From: Eukaryota sp. TZLM1-RC | Taxonomy: Eukaryota; Protista; Metamonada: BaSk clade | Direction of reading: 5' to 3' | Assembly: GCA_040285825.1 (NCBI GenBank) | Contig: JAUPSS010000002.1 | Span: 2,232,001-2,296,000 of the forward strand | DNA: 64,000 bases | Shown here: piece by piece, positions 11,620-23,217 of the stretch | Layout of the letters: the number at the start of each line of letters is the position of its first letter | Numbering within the stretch: the first letter of the stretch is position 1 | The notes under the pieces: generated by a model | Database searches by the model: none | What the model was told of the DNA's origin: nothing | Seen by the model: only the letters and a program-made list of their open reading frames with translations | Made by a program: the position numbers and the translations under genes

Positions 11620-12290
11620 TATAGGTTCGATTAATTATATACGTGACTGGTTGCCTAATTTGTCTGATTTGATAGAACCAATCAACAAACTGACAGGAAA
11701 CAAACCGTCATAGATCAAGTGGACTTCTGATCATGACGAGGCCTTTGGTAAGATTATAGATCTTCTTAAAGCAAACATTCCTCTTGAATTGCCCTCAGAA
11801 GACAAGCATATTTTAATAAGTGCTGACGCGTCCGATGTGGCTGTAGGTGGAGTAATATGGCAAGAAACGAACCCGCCTAAAGATCCTACGACACCACTAA
11901 TTAAGAGAAACGTTGTACCTACTGCCTTTTTTAGCAGATTATTTTCATCTTCACAAAAAAATTGGTTTGTACTTCAGAAAGAGTTGTAAGCAACTTTACT
12001 AATTCTCTAACAGTAGTTTAGAAAATTATTTAATTTTGAGGAACTTAACAATATTCACTGATCACAGAAATTTAGCATATCTCTTATCAGCTCCTGAAAA
12101 GAACAGAATTGTGAAGAGGTTGCTACCAATATTGTCAGACTTCAATTTTGATGTAGTCCACACTGCAGGCGAGGAGAATTATTGGGCAGACATGTTGTCT
12201 AAATTGGTCATTATCAAACCCGAAACTCCTCAAGTCCAACAAGTGAGAAATTTGGAGCCTCACTGAGTTGATATACATATACCCTTATTA
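11620..12290 (+). mobile_element. Ty3/gypsy RT-thumb/RNase H remnant
   Basis: ISADASDVAVGGVIWQ, FFSRL, QKEL, IFTDHRNL; close to 43642-44112; in-frame stops. Confidence 0.8.
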
Positions 12291-12599
12291 TGGATCTCCG
12301 AGGATTATACAGGTTCGGGGTCACTGAGTTATTCTCTGCAGGATGACCTTTCTCTTTATGAGGGAGGAGACTTCCTTTCTGAGAAGGTTGAAGATTCTGG
12401 CCACGAGGGGGTTGGCTCTTCTCAGCGGGAGGTTCACTCTGATTTAGCAAACTCTTCTTACAAGGAGGACTACTCTTCCTGACGGAAGGATTCATCCGAA
12501 GGAAAAATTACTCTCCATTGCAGGAGGACTCTCCTTACTAGAAGGACTACTGTCCGTTACCGGAAAAATGGGTATTGTTAACATCATGGCCATTGAAGC

Positions 12600-12990
12600 C
12601 ATTAATTAATGATGCTGTTTGTTTAAAAGTTTTAGACAACATGGATTGTATTGTACGTCTTAGCTTGGCTAAAGAAAAAAAATCCCGTTTTTGCAAATTT
12701 TTTGATTGATCTTGAAGACAGTTGTTCAAGTTGCCTAAGTTGACAATTCTCAAACAAATAGCAACTTTTATTCAACAGCGTTATGAAGATATTGGTCTCT
12801 TATTGAATATCTCCAAATGTTTGATTATTGGCCATGAACCAATTGAATTTTTTAATGATGTCAATGTCCCCAATTAGTCTTTTTCGTTTTTTGGATTGTT
12901 ATCTCGGAAATACTGAAGAAGTCAAAAGCCAACTTTCGACTCTGTTGACTCAATTTGGAACTGAAATAGAATCAATAGAAAATTTAAATA
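12600..12990 (+). mobile_element. Non-LTR retrotransposon fragments (upstream part of the LINE interrupted by the MULE)
   Basis: 12620-12730 near-duplicates 15420-15525; 12790-12990 encodes GLLLNISKCLIIG..EIESIENLN, homologous to 3470-3690. Confidence 0.65.
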
Positions 12991-14960
12991 GACCCTGACT
13001 AAATGTACCATTGATTGCACCATAAATTATAATTTTTTTGGTAAATGTACCATAATGAAAACGTACCACAATTTCATCAACGTACCACATTCTGTTTCGT
13101 CAAAACTTCATATTTTGACTTCTCTGATCTTAAGGCAGACAGTTTCACCAATATAAAACGTCCCTTTATGCACGCTGTTTTGCTTCCGGCTATGCTCTGA
13201 TAGTAGCTCATTCATCTGACTACACTTGTCTTTTCTGTTGTGAAAAAGGAGGTAACTCCCGTTGTAAAAACGAAGGTGGTAAAACCCGCAAAACAGGTTG
13301 TCCCTTCAACATTCGGGTCACACGGACAGAAGATGGTTGGGTGGTTGTTAGTCAACAAAACTCTCACAATCATGAGCCCTACGCTTGTATGTCTGCAAGC
13401 AGAAGTTATCAGGCTCACTTCAAAGACTTATATAAGAGTACGATTGAAACCCTTTTGAGGGCTAACTGTGAGCCCAAGGTGGTGTTTGATCCCATCAACC
13501 GGAAAGACATCGCTAACATGAAATCATCACTATTGAAGCTTCAGAAGTCCCATCTCCCTACCTTTCAATCATTGCTTGACCACCTAAGAAAAGACAACCG
13601 CCTCAATCTAAAATCTCTTCTTCATGATCATGATGGATCATTGCGGAACTGTTGGATTGCCTATCAACCCGCTTCTACTTTGGTGAATAGCAACCCATAT
13701 CTTTTGATGATGGACTGTACCTACAAAACCAATCAATACGGTATGCCTCTTTTGGGTGTAATGGGTATCACATCATTTATGACATCGTTTCCTCTTGGGT
13801 TTATCCTACTTTCAGGAGAAACGACTGATGATTACGATTGGGCCTTATGTGAACTTAGGGAAGTTTTTCCTACTCTGCAGTGCACTGAAACAATTTTGAC
13901 TGATCGAGAGCAAGCCTTGGTGACAGCCATTGAAATCAATTTTCCAAATGTTAAACATAGAGTATGCTTATGGCATATCAATAAGAATGTAGAAACCATG
14001 ATCCGTTCTTTCGTACGAGATACTGATCTGGAAGACAAAGTACGAAGTTTATAGAAATCAGTTTGCTATGCCGGGGACCACGTGTCAATGCTGCAGAAAA
14101 AAAACAAAATTGATCAGGAGTTCCACATGTTTCCCCAGTTGATTGATTATCTCGATGATTTGGTTGACAATTATGGCGAAAAATTTTTGGTTTGTCATAC
14201 AACTTATGATTTCAACCTTGGACAGAGGGCTTCATCTCGAGTTGAATCAATTCACAGTGTTCTAAAAAGATATCTTAAAGTATCCACTGGTGATTTGGCA
14301 GATATTGCGGAGAAGACGGTTGTTATGTGGTCGAATATAGTGGCTGAACACAAACTTCAAGAGCCTAGAGACGCTGATTTTAACTTGATCTATCCAGAAT
14401 ACGTAAATTCTTTCATTCACCCTATCTTGAAAAAACTTCCCAATTTCATCTGCATCCTGGTTGCAGACGAAGTGATAAGATCACAATCACAATGCGGCTT
14501 TCTTCCCAATGATCGGCTTTCATCCATTTTTGGTCTTCCGTCATCATATCAGCTTCTTCAACTGTATAAGAGCGGAAACCAACTCTCAGTCGATTTATTC
14601 CATCTTCACTGGCATTTGGAGCATTCCCATGTTCCTATTCAAGTTCCCTCACAGCCACAAGTTCCTGTTCCAACTGATACCGCGCCGTTAGAGCTTCTTT
14701 CCTCCGCTTCGCTATCCGAAGAACAGCGTCAATTTGTGACGTCTTCTTTAAACCAATTGGTGACATCCGTACAGAACATACCTTTTGCTCCTTCTGTAAA
14801 AAAGACAAGGAAACGACCTTTAGGTTCTGGAGGTACCCGTAGAAATCCTTCTGCATTTGAACTGCCTCCTGTGAAACGTCCACGAGGTAGACCACGTAAA
14901 AACTGCTAAGTTATAACTGTTCAATTGCTTGTTTTATAGAGCTTTTGTTTCCGCCAATAA
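12991..14960 (+). mobile_element. MULE/Mutator (FAR1-like) DNA transposon, frameshifted transposase
   Basis: CPFNIRV..W....HNH FAR1 DNA-binding domain, MDCTYKTNQYGMPL, TDREQAL, CLWHINKN, RVESIHSVLK (DDE), C-terminal AT-hook KRPRGRPRK; repeated (A/C)GTACCA-like motifs at 13003-13089; frameshift near 14050. Confidence 0.9.
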
Positions 14961-14983
14961 AGTTGTATTGATTACAGGTTTTC

Positions 14984-16330
14984 TTGATTACTGGAAAATT
15001 TACTCATATTTTGAGATCAACATCACCATCAATTTTTTTGCAGTTTTGTCGAGTTATTAATGAACAAAGAACCAATTTTTTAGCAAAATTATTGGAAATT
15101 GATGCATCTCAGTTACGAAGCCACATTTTTTGTGGTACAAATTTTGGTGGTGTTGATTTTCATAAATCAAGCTACCTTTGTAAAGCTGCCGTTATTGGAG
15201 GTGGTAAAAATTTTATTTATGAATTGGTAAACCTTTTTCCTGAAAAAATTGATCTCATTGAAAATTGTGGCAGCTCTTATCTTAAGTCTTTGCAACAGGA
15301 AATTGAAACTCTTTCACCCAATATTTGGTCTAAATGTTTCCCCTGTGATATTGTGGAACTTCCTCCAAGAAGCTTGCTCTCCTTACCACTGACTTTTGCA
15401 AAATTGCAGAAAAATATCTTAAAGGTTTTAAAAGACTTGGATTATATTGTACGTCTTAGCTTGGCTAAAGAAAAAAATCCCCTTTTTGCAAACTTTTTGA
15501 TTGATCTTGAAGACAGTTGCTCCAGTTGCTCAATCTTCCAAATTTCCAACCTTTATGGCCTTCTACTTAATGATCACCAATGGACCACTGCAGTGAGAAT
15601 GAGATGTGTTCTATCGCCTTGTTCTTTACCAAATGATTTAATTTGTCACTGTAAGTGTGTTGTTACGCTTTCCCATATTTTAAACTGTAAGTATTTTATA
15701 ACTTATCGCTCAATTGTTCATGACTCAGTTCGTGATCAATTATATGCCATGTGCAAAAGTTTCAATATAGAGGCATTTATTGAACCATTAGTTCGTAAGC
15801 TATCTCCAAATCAAACTGATGATTCCTTTGGTAAAAGAAGGGCAGATTCAGTAGTTCCAGGGATCGATGGTGTTCACAACGTTGTGGATGTTGTCTCAGT
15901 AGATGTCTGCAAAATTCTGCTGCTCGTTTGGTGTATTTCGCTGATTTGCCGCTATCTAACGCCGAAAAAAAGGAAAATAAAAAATATGAAGAACCTTTGG
16001 CACAGTTAGGTAGCGTGGAACATGTGAAATATCAGTTTGTGCCGTTTGCAATTTCTCTTTTTGGCAATAATGGACCTTCAGGGTTACACTTTTGTGATAA
16101 CTTCAAAAAAGTTTTACTGAATAGATCTCGTAAAAAAATGATTTCCACTTTCTGGTTAAATAAAATTGTTTTTTGCATTTTTAAGTCTAATCCAACAATG
16201 ATTTCTAAAGCTCTTTTAGCTATAGGTGTAGAATATGATCCAAATGCTGTGAGTAGGTTTAGTAATTGTGACGCTTGTTTGTTTGGAGGATATTGAATAC
16301 TAGATAGAATTTTATTTCAATAAAAATACA
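14984..16330 (+). mobile_element. Non-LTR retrotransposon 3' fragment (RLE type)
   Basis: THILRS, CHCK..HILNC, HDSVRD..EP..RAD..DV; AATAAA at about 16319. Confidence 0.85.
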
Positions 16331-16419
16331 CTACATAAAACAAGTTTGTGTCATGTGTAACAATAAAGAATAATAAGGTGTTTATTAAATTTCACTTGCC
16401 CTTGTAGAGGCCATCACTA

Positions 16420-16790
16420 GTGAAGTATATACTAGACTAATTGTCCACAGTACAACAAAATACATTTTTCTCTTAATAGAAGTTGGTCAATAGAATCATT
16501 CAGGTACAATCTCCTCATTGTTACAAAAGATTCATTATAGGGCCATACACCAATATTAGGTGACACAATGGTGACAAATAGTGAGGAATCTACTGACTTC
16601 ATCTCACGTACCCCTAGTCCCAATAATGATGAATGAAGAGGTTGATCTAAAACAACCAAAATGCATAAATTTTAAAAAAAATCATCTTTCATCAATACGG
16701 TCATTCGTTTTTGTAATGTTCGAAGCCGACTTTTTAAATTCAAATAGTTTTTTAGGAATATTGCTGATTATTTGTTTCACAGAACAGTAG
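16420..16790 (-). mobile_element. Degraded non-LTR fragment (second subfamily)
   Basis: DSSLFVTIV..NESFVTMRRLYLN..QLLLREKCI matches ORF 30867-32222. Confidence 0.7.
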
Positions 16791-16953
16791 TTCTACAACA
16801 GTTATAGACTGCAACTTTGCTACATTTTAGGGCTGTTGCATTATCCAGTAAAAATGTTCTGGGAGGGACGTTCCAAATTGAACAACCAATTTGGTAACAC
16901 AAATTTAAAGGTTGCACACGGTTTGTTACACCTATTTGTTCTGAGTACTTTCA

Positions 16954-17828
16954 ATGTTTCATCTGATCTTACTATTCGTTACTTGTGTTTTATGCGCTCC
17001 TGGATATTCTTCTTTTGAGCATCGTAATCTTCAGGTTGATGTTCTCACTGAGGACACAAGTCTTTACTTCTTTGTCAGCTGTCCCAACGCTCAACACCAC
17101 ACCAACTACCGACTTAACGCTTTATTGGAGAAAGATGATCTTCGTTTCCCTGAAAACGCTTCTAAAATTCCCCTTGATAGTTTTGTTTGGAGAGTTATTC
17201 CCTTTGTTGAAGACTCAGTGGATCTTGTCACAAGTTATGCCAGAGTTTATGGACGATCTGAAGATACGTCTTTACCTGAAATCATCTTTACGATTTCTGT
17301 TAAGAACCAGCCCACTATCAACATTGCAACACTAACCGTCAAGGTTTCAAAACTGTTTGTTCACCATTGTTTCATTCTAACTCTAGATACACTGAAGCTG
17401 AACAGTTTGTTGTTCAGTTAGCCGTACAATCCAAGCACAAGAAGAAAGGCCATTCTATTTCCCATAAAGAATTCAATCATGATGTGGAACGTTCACTTAT
17501 AGATTTTGGATACACGACCTTTAATTACAGCAAACAGAAAGCTACCTTTGATGTCAAAGTGAGAGCCGATGAGGAGAATGACGACATTAAGAACATTAAC
17601 CTGGAATTTGCAAAACCTACAGGGTCTAGCTTTGAGCAAGATTTCCTGATATCGCCGAACGACAACAAAATCATTAGTGATTATATGAGAAATATTCTGC
17701 TTATTATAGGGGTTGTTTTTGTGATTGGAGGAATTGTTGCTGTGGTTTTTGTTAATAAAATGTCACCCAATAGAGCGAGAAATGCTTTAGCCTTGGATTT
17801 AGAAGAATTGGAAGTTCCGCTGTTGTAA
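16954..17828 (+). CDS. Type I membrane protein of unknown function (2 exons; intron 17355-17386)
   Basis: Signal peptide MFHLILLFVTCVLC; 32-nt intron GTTTGT..CTAAC..TAG restores frame; C-terminal TM and short tail ending EELEVPLL. Confidence 0.75.
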
Positions 17829-18341
17829 ATTGTTTTGAGATTTATTGATAAATTATGTACGTTTATAGGTTATTTTTTAAAAATATATCAGTTTATTACA
17901 TGGAGAGACAAATACTTCTATTGTAAGCCGAGCTACAAAGGTAGGGTAGCATGAGACAGCCCAACTTATAAAACACCAGTAAAGACCTTGTCGATAGTGC
18001 ATGCATAGCTTACTTAGCCAAAGTATATAGTAGCTTGGCTAACATCATCTAAATCATTGTCAAAATTAAGGAACTGGGAGAAAAAGATGCGTTTGAATCA
18101 ATTGAGTGATAGAAAAATGCGAGAAGGAATAGCCAGCACGAGCAACGTTACAAACCAGGGCAATGTAAGAGTTCTTCATTGCTCAATGGAAAACACCCAT
18201 ACATAAAACAAATTGTGAGATGCTACAACTTTGGTACAAATAGTCACAGAAACAGTTCATAGTGAAAAATGTGGAAATGTAGAAATGTGGATTAGATTGA
18301 ACTTCAACCTGACAAGTGGACAGTAATTCTCACTCCAAAAA

Positions 18342-18918
18342 ATGTCTTTCCGAGGTCGTTCTCGCTTTCAGTCATCCTTTTCTGGACCTCCAGACCAAGT
18401 TCTTGGTATATAAGATAGCCATAGTCCTTATTTCAGAATTTGGTCACGTAGTTCACGAAGTAGAACAGCAACTCTTAGTCAGACTTCTCTCATCCGATTT
18501 TGTTCCACACTTTAATGCAGACATCTTCCAAGAAAACAAGTCATCGATAGGAAAAGTTGCCGAAGTTCTTGGCTCAACAACCGAAACCTTCTTTACCATT
18601 AAAATGGCTGAAGGTATACCTGCATCGTCCTTCGAAAAGGGCACAATGGTGTACATTGCACCTGAAAAGCGCCTCCCTCTTGAACGGTTCACAAATCCCC
18701 CTCCCTCTTCCAGTCGTGGTCGTGGCGGTCGTGGAGGATCTCGTGGCGGAAGAGGTGGTGGTCGTGGTGGTCGTGGTGATTCTCGTGGTCGCGGAAGAGG
18801 TGGATTCAGAGGAGGTAGAGGCGATTCCCGAGGAGGTAGAGGTGGATTCAGAGGAGGTAGAGGCGATTCCCGAGGAGGTAGAGGTGGATTTAGAGGTCGT
18901 GGTCGTGGTCGCTTCTAG
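18342..18918 (+). CDS. GAR1: H/ACA snoRNP subunit Gar1 (intron 18406-18436)
   Basis: MSFRGR..GPPDQVL/EFGHVVH after removing a 31-nt intron; VPHFNADIFQENKSSIGKVAEVLG; LPLERF; RGG-repeat tail. Confidence 0.92.
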
Positions 18919-19289
18919 TCCTTTCCCAGTAGTCTTACATGTTTTAGTTCGCTATTTGTTTATTTAGTAAATTAATTATAGTTTAGCCTGTGCTGTTCCT
19001 TTTCAACATACATTTGATGTGTGACATCAAATGTTGGACCTAGTTTTTGTTAGAGATAAACCTTTAATTTTTTTATTTGATAATTGGGTATAAACGTACT
19101 TCAAAAGTTCACTAAACAAATTATTGATACTTTGTTTAATATCAAAAAAGCTTGCAACAATTTACACTGTGGTCGAATGTTTTCCATTACATTTTTCACC
19201 TTTCCCATTTTCCTCATCTTTTCCATAGATTGTTCTAACATTGTGGTCGCCAAACTTTGGTAAGTTCTTTCTTGATAATCGTCTTTTAC

Positions 19290-19615
19290 AGTCTTGACCA
19301 GTGGAGCATTCGTGGAATGCAAGCTGAAAATTCACAAGCAATGGACTGAAAGTTGGTTGTTAAAAAACTTTTTTCAACAGTGTTGCAATCCAAAAGACAC
19401 TTTAATAATAATTGGTGATAATGGTATACAGAGCGTCAAGAATTTGAAACATCATAAGCCTACTCAAGGAATTGCATGGATTCAATTTCTGAAAAGAAAT
19501 GGATTTGACGTGATGACGATCAATGGCTTCCACTTCAGAGAAATGTCCTTTTGCTTTTGAAGAGGTAAATCCGTTTTTGAGAGTAACCAATCCCAGATCC
19601 TATAAGAGAAAAAAG
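19290..19615 (+). pseudogene. Fanzor family A fragment (copy A2)
   Basis: IHKQ..ESWLLK..NPKDTLIIIGD..KNLKHHKPT.GI.WIQFLKRNGF matches 36816-37361. Confidence 0.8.
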
Positions 19616-20355
19616 AAAACAAAAAAGGACGAAAAAGAGGAGTCAATCGAGATTGATTCAGAGTTAAGCAAGTACTGAACTTATTCAGGAGCCAGATCAT
19701 GTTTAAACTTGGGTCCTCGAGAAAATTCTGTATCAAATGTTCATTAACTATATTCTTTCTGCCTTTACATGTATCACAAAGCAAAATTGTCTATGACCGA
19801 AACTTCATAGAGTTTAAGTTGACCATATTGCAGCAGTACAATGCACCCACAGAGTTTATAGTCTATCATAATGGCGAATACTTAATGTTCAAAATTTTCA
19901 ACATGTCTAAATCTAAGTAAAAAATTGTTAAGAATTTATTGCTTTATCTTTTTTGGATGAGCTTGTTGAAATTGTTAAACAGCATACAGGAAGTTTTTTG
20001 ACAAAACGTTTTGGCAGAGCAGAATTGTATTTTCAATTTTTAAAGGTGAGGTACCGTTATTGTCTTCTGCTTTATTACCTCTTGGTCGCTTTTATGAAGG
20101 AAAAACTTCCAGTCAATTCTTGTTGGTTGATTTGGGATATGAAGATTTAGAATTTTAATTTTTGTGTTTAGTTTTTTGAAAGTAATAAATTGAAAAGTTA
20201 AAAAAATTATTGACAATCTAAGGTGGTAAATGAACAACAATGATTTTGTGATTTGGGTCGTGAACCAGTCAGTCATCTCAAATAAAATCTCCAAACTCCT
20301 GTAAATAAATGGATTGGTTTCTTCATCAGACAAGCTTTTCAAAGTGTTTCAACAG

Positions 20356-21802
20356 TGTTGGCGCCCTAAGGCTTATATAATATGATTAGAAAATAAATCA
20401 ACTTTTCCTCATTGACTTTTCTTTACTACAATAGACTTTAGGCAACAATAATTATTGGCCATTTTAAAGTCAAAAGGTATGCCATAACTTCAGCATTTGA
20501 CCAGTGAACACCCCCAGCAATTTTTACAGCATGTCAGACATCTGTCAGCCAGATATCTCTGACCCTAATCCCCCATCTAACATGCAGCAGGTACCAGCGA
20601 CACATATACATAATATAGAGGGTAACGAGGCAACGGACCCGGATCCCACCTCCCCCTCCCTAAAAGTAGAAGAAGATGAAAGAGTGGACGAGGTCCCTTC
20701 ATCTTCAGCAATGGAAGAGGTAACGAGAACGGACCCGGCTCCCTCTCCCCTCAGAAAAAAAGAAACAGATGAGGTTACGAGAACGGACCCGGCTCCCTCT
20801 CCCCTCAAAGCAATGGAAGAGGTTACGAGAACGGAGAACCCTCACAAAAGAAGTACAACCTAGAAGAGTTAGAGGAGGCCACGAGAACGGACCAGTTCCC
20901 TCTCCCCTCCCTAATGTAGCACCTAGTAAAGAAACGGATGGAAATCCCACTTTACATAATCTAACCCTTCAGGAGAGTACATACCACAGAAGGGGAAGAT
21001 GACTCCAGTGATGGATCCTCCTAACAAGGACACAGAGCCTTCCCTCGAATCAATGGACTTTTATTCATTCGAGCAGCTCCCTTCCTTATGGAGCCAAACA
21101 CAAGAAAAGTCGACCAAAAACGAGGTTACGAGTAGAAACTCCACCTCCACTGTTATTGTACTACAATACAAAGATACGGTCTTTGCTCCTCTGATATTTT
21201 TAGTCGTAAAGCCAGTACTTTAACAACAAAAGACGCCGCCTTCAGGTTTCTGAAGTTTGTTACTTCGTTTACTGTTGTTTTGATCCAACATAGACCCTGC
21301 ATGATCATTAGCGAATCCATTCTTCGATTCCATGATACCTTTACTAAACGACACTACCACGTTACTCGTTTACGAAAAAGGGAAGAAGCAGAGCGCTTTA
21401 TGTAGCGATTAAAACATACACAACAAAGTATTCAAACACACAGATCTTGGAACGAGGCCCTTTTCAGTTATTGCTTACTACACTATACTAACATTGATGT
21501 AAGAGAGTCATAGTACATCAATTGTCGATCTTAAAAATGTAAAACCAGTGTTTGTGCGAATCCCAATCACTACAAAGATAATTGTAGACAATAGAAAACA
21601 GTAGAATTCAGTATTAGTAGTCTTAGTAGTTATAGTTATTTAGTTATTTGTTCATAGTTTTAGTTTCATATTCATATAAGCTGATTTATTTTGAAAAAGG
21701 GAAGAAGCAGTGTTGGCGCCCTAAGGCTTATATAATATGATTAGAAAATAAATCAACTTTTCCTCATTGACTTTTCTTTACTACAATAGACTTTAGGCAA
21801 CA
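20356..21802 (+). mobile_element. Non-autonomous LTR retroelement (TRIM/LARD-like), identical 92-bp LTRs
   Basis: LTRs 20356-20447 and 21711-21802 (TGTTG...CAACA), identical by eye; 4-bp TSD ACAG; PPT GAAAAAGGGAAGAAGCAG; only a gag-like N-terminal fragment inside. Confidence 0.92.
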
Positions 21803-22156
21803 ACAGACGAAAACCACACTTCTTCAAAGTGTCCTTCTGGCTTCGAAATAGTTAAAGATGCCGAAAACCTTCACTCAAGAGAATTCCAGTCCACTTCAAA
21901 TTTCATGGAGTTGAGTTCGAGTTCGAGTTCTACAAAATCTTCACGACTAAATCGAGTTTGAGCGAAACTTATTCCGTCTCTCATCTTAAAAGCTACTTGT
22001 ACTAGTTTGATGTAATCAATATGTAATCATCGCTTTGGAGTGGAGTCGAGTTGGAGTTTGAAATTGTTGATGTTGATCACACAAATTTGCAGGGAATCTT
22101 CAACTGAATCCCTCTTTATAAGTCCATAGGACGCTATTTCTTAGTTAGCTGTCGGA

Positions 22157-23107
22157 ATGGTCTGTAATGTACTCTGCAGCTCAGGCGACTCACTTGCTGC
22201 TGGATATTCAAATGGTTTAATTAAATGGTGGAGAACCGCCTCTACATCACTTGAAGAACTTAAATCTTCAAAACCCTTTTCCTTTCTTTTAGATTCTCCG
22301 ATTGATGCACTCCGTATCATAGGTAGTATTCTTGTCGTAGGAATGGATGGAAAAGTCCTTTTCTATATGCATCCATCAGAGGCACAACTATCAGAAACTT
22401 GCCCAGAACCGTTCTACAGAATCACCTTGCCCCAAACCATACCGTCATTCTCTGGTGCTCTACTTCCGGCTTCTGTTTCTTCCTTAACATACATTCCATC
22501 TTTACACTGTCTCTTCATTGGCATGTGTACTCCAATGCTACCTTACTCTGTCATTTGCTACTCTTTAGTTGATCCAATGGAACCTCAACATATGTGGCAT
22601 GGTCTTGAAAACTTTTCAGTTAGTTCCATGTTGTTTGTGAAGAGTAGGATGGAGTTGTTGGTGGGGTCAGTTGGGAAGCTGATTGTAATCAATCTTTCTG
22701 ATGATTGGTCGAAGATTACAGTTTCCTCAGAGTTCAAAATTGTTGAGGATGATTCTCGATTGTCAACAATCACTTCAATCAATCAAATCAGTGATGGTTT
22801 GATTGCAGTTTCATTCTTAGGAGGGTATGTTGCCTTTTGTTTGAGTGACAATTTTTCACCATTTAAAATTATTTCCTTTCCATTCTTAATTAGAAATTCT
22901 GTTTTATTTAATAATTCTTTATTTGTCGCTGGCAATTCAGATACCACTGCTTTGATAACTGTTGATGGTGAGGTTGATACCTTTATAAAGGTTGAATACC
23001 CTGTTTTCAGTTCAGTTCATGTTACTAATATAGGACTTATTGTTCCATCAAATGATGAACTTTTAATAGTGGAAGAGCCTAGGATTGTTATAGACAAAAT
23101 CAAATAA
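22157..23107 (+). CDS. WD40-repeat protein, THOC6-like
   Basis: Beta-propeller pattern; N-terminus SLAAGYSNGLIKWW..SKPFSF.LDSPIDAL..ILVVGMDGKV resembles THO complex subunit 6. Confidence 0.55.
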   Translation: MVCNVLCSSGDSLAAGYSNGLIKWWRTASTSLEELKSSKPFSFLLDSPIDALRIIGSILVVGMDGKVLFYMHPSEAQLSETCPEPFYRITLPQTIPSFSGALLPASVSSLTYIPSLHCLFIGMCTPMLPYSVICYSLVDPMEPQHMWHGLENFSVSSMLFVKSRMELLVGSVGKLIVINLSDDWSKITVSSEFKIVEDDSRLSTITSINQISDGLIAVSFLGGYVAFCLSDNFSPFKIISFPFLIRNSVLFNNSLFVAGNSDTTALITVDGEVDTFIKVEYPVFSSVHVTNIGLIVPSNDELLIVEEPRIVIDKIK

Positions 23108-23217
23108 ACATCAAATATTTACTTAAATTATTTATTTACTTATTCATTGATTTGAGAGTTATATTCAAAATTTCGATATATACCAACTCAATCCAGCTTT
23201 GTTTAAAAAACCAAAAC

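Noticed and set aside
17890-18200. Possible snoRNA cluster upstream of GAR1 (hairpin AGCCAA..TTGGCT at about 18016-18040)
   Set aside because: No convincing C/D or H/ACA box pairs found by eye; needs an Infernal/snoscan search
18316-18341. ORF-track start for GAR1 at 18316
   Set aside because: Start at 18342 plus a 31-nt intron gives the conserved GPP..VLE N-terminus
21905-22062. GAGTT(C/G) short repeats as telomeric or transposon-end repeats
   Set aside because: Too few and too degenerate to support a call
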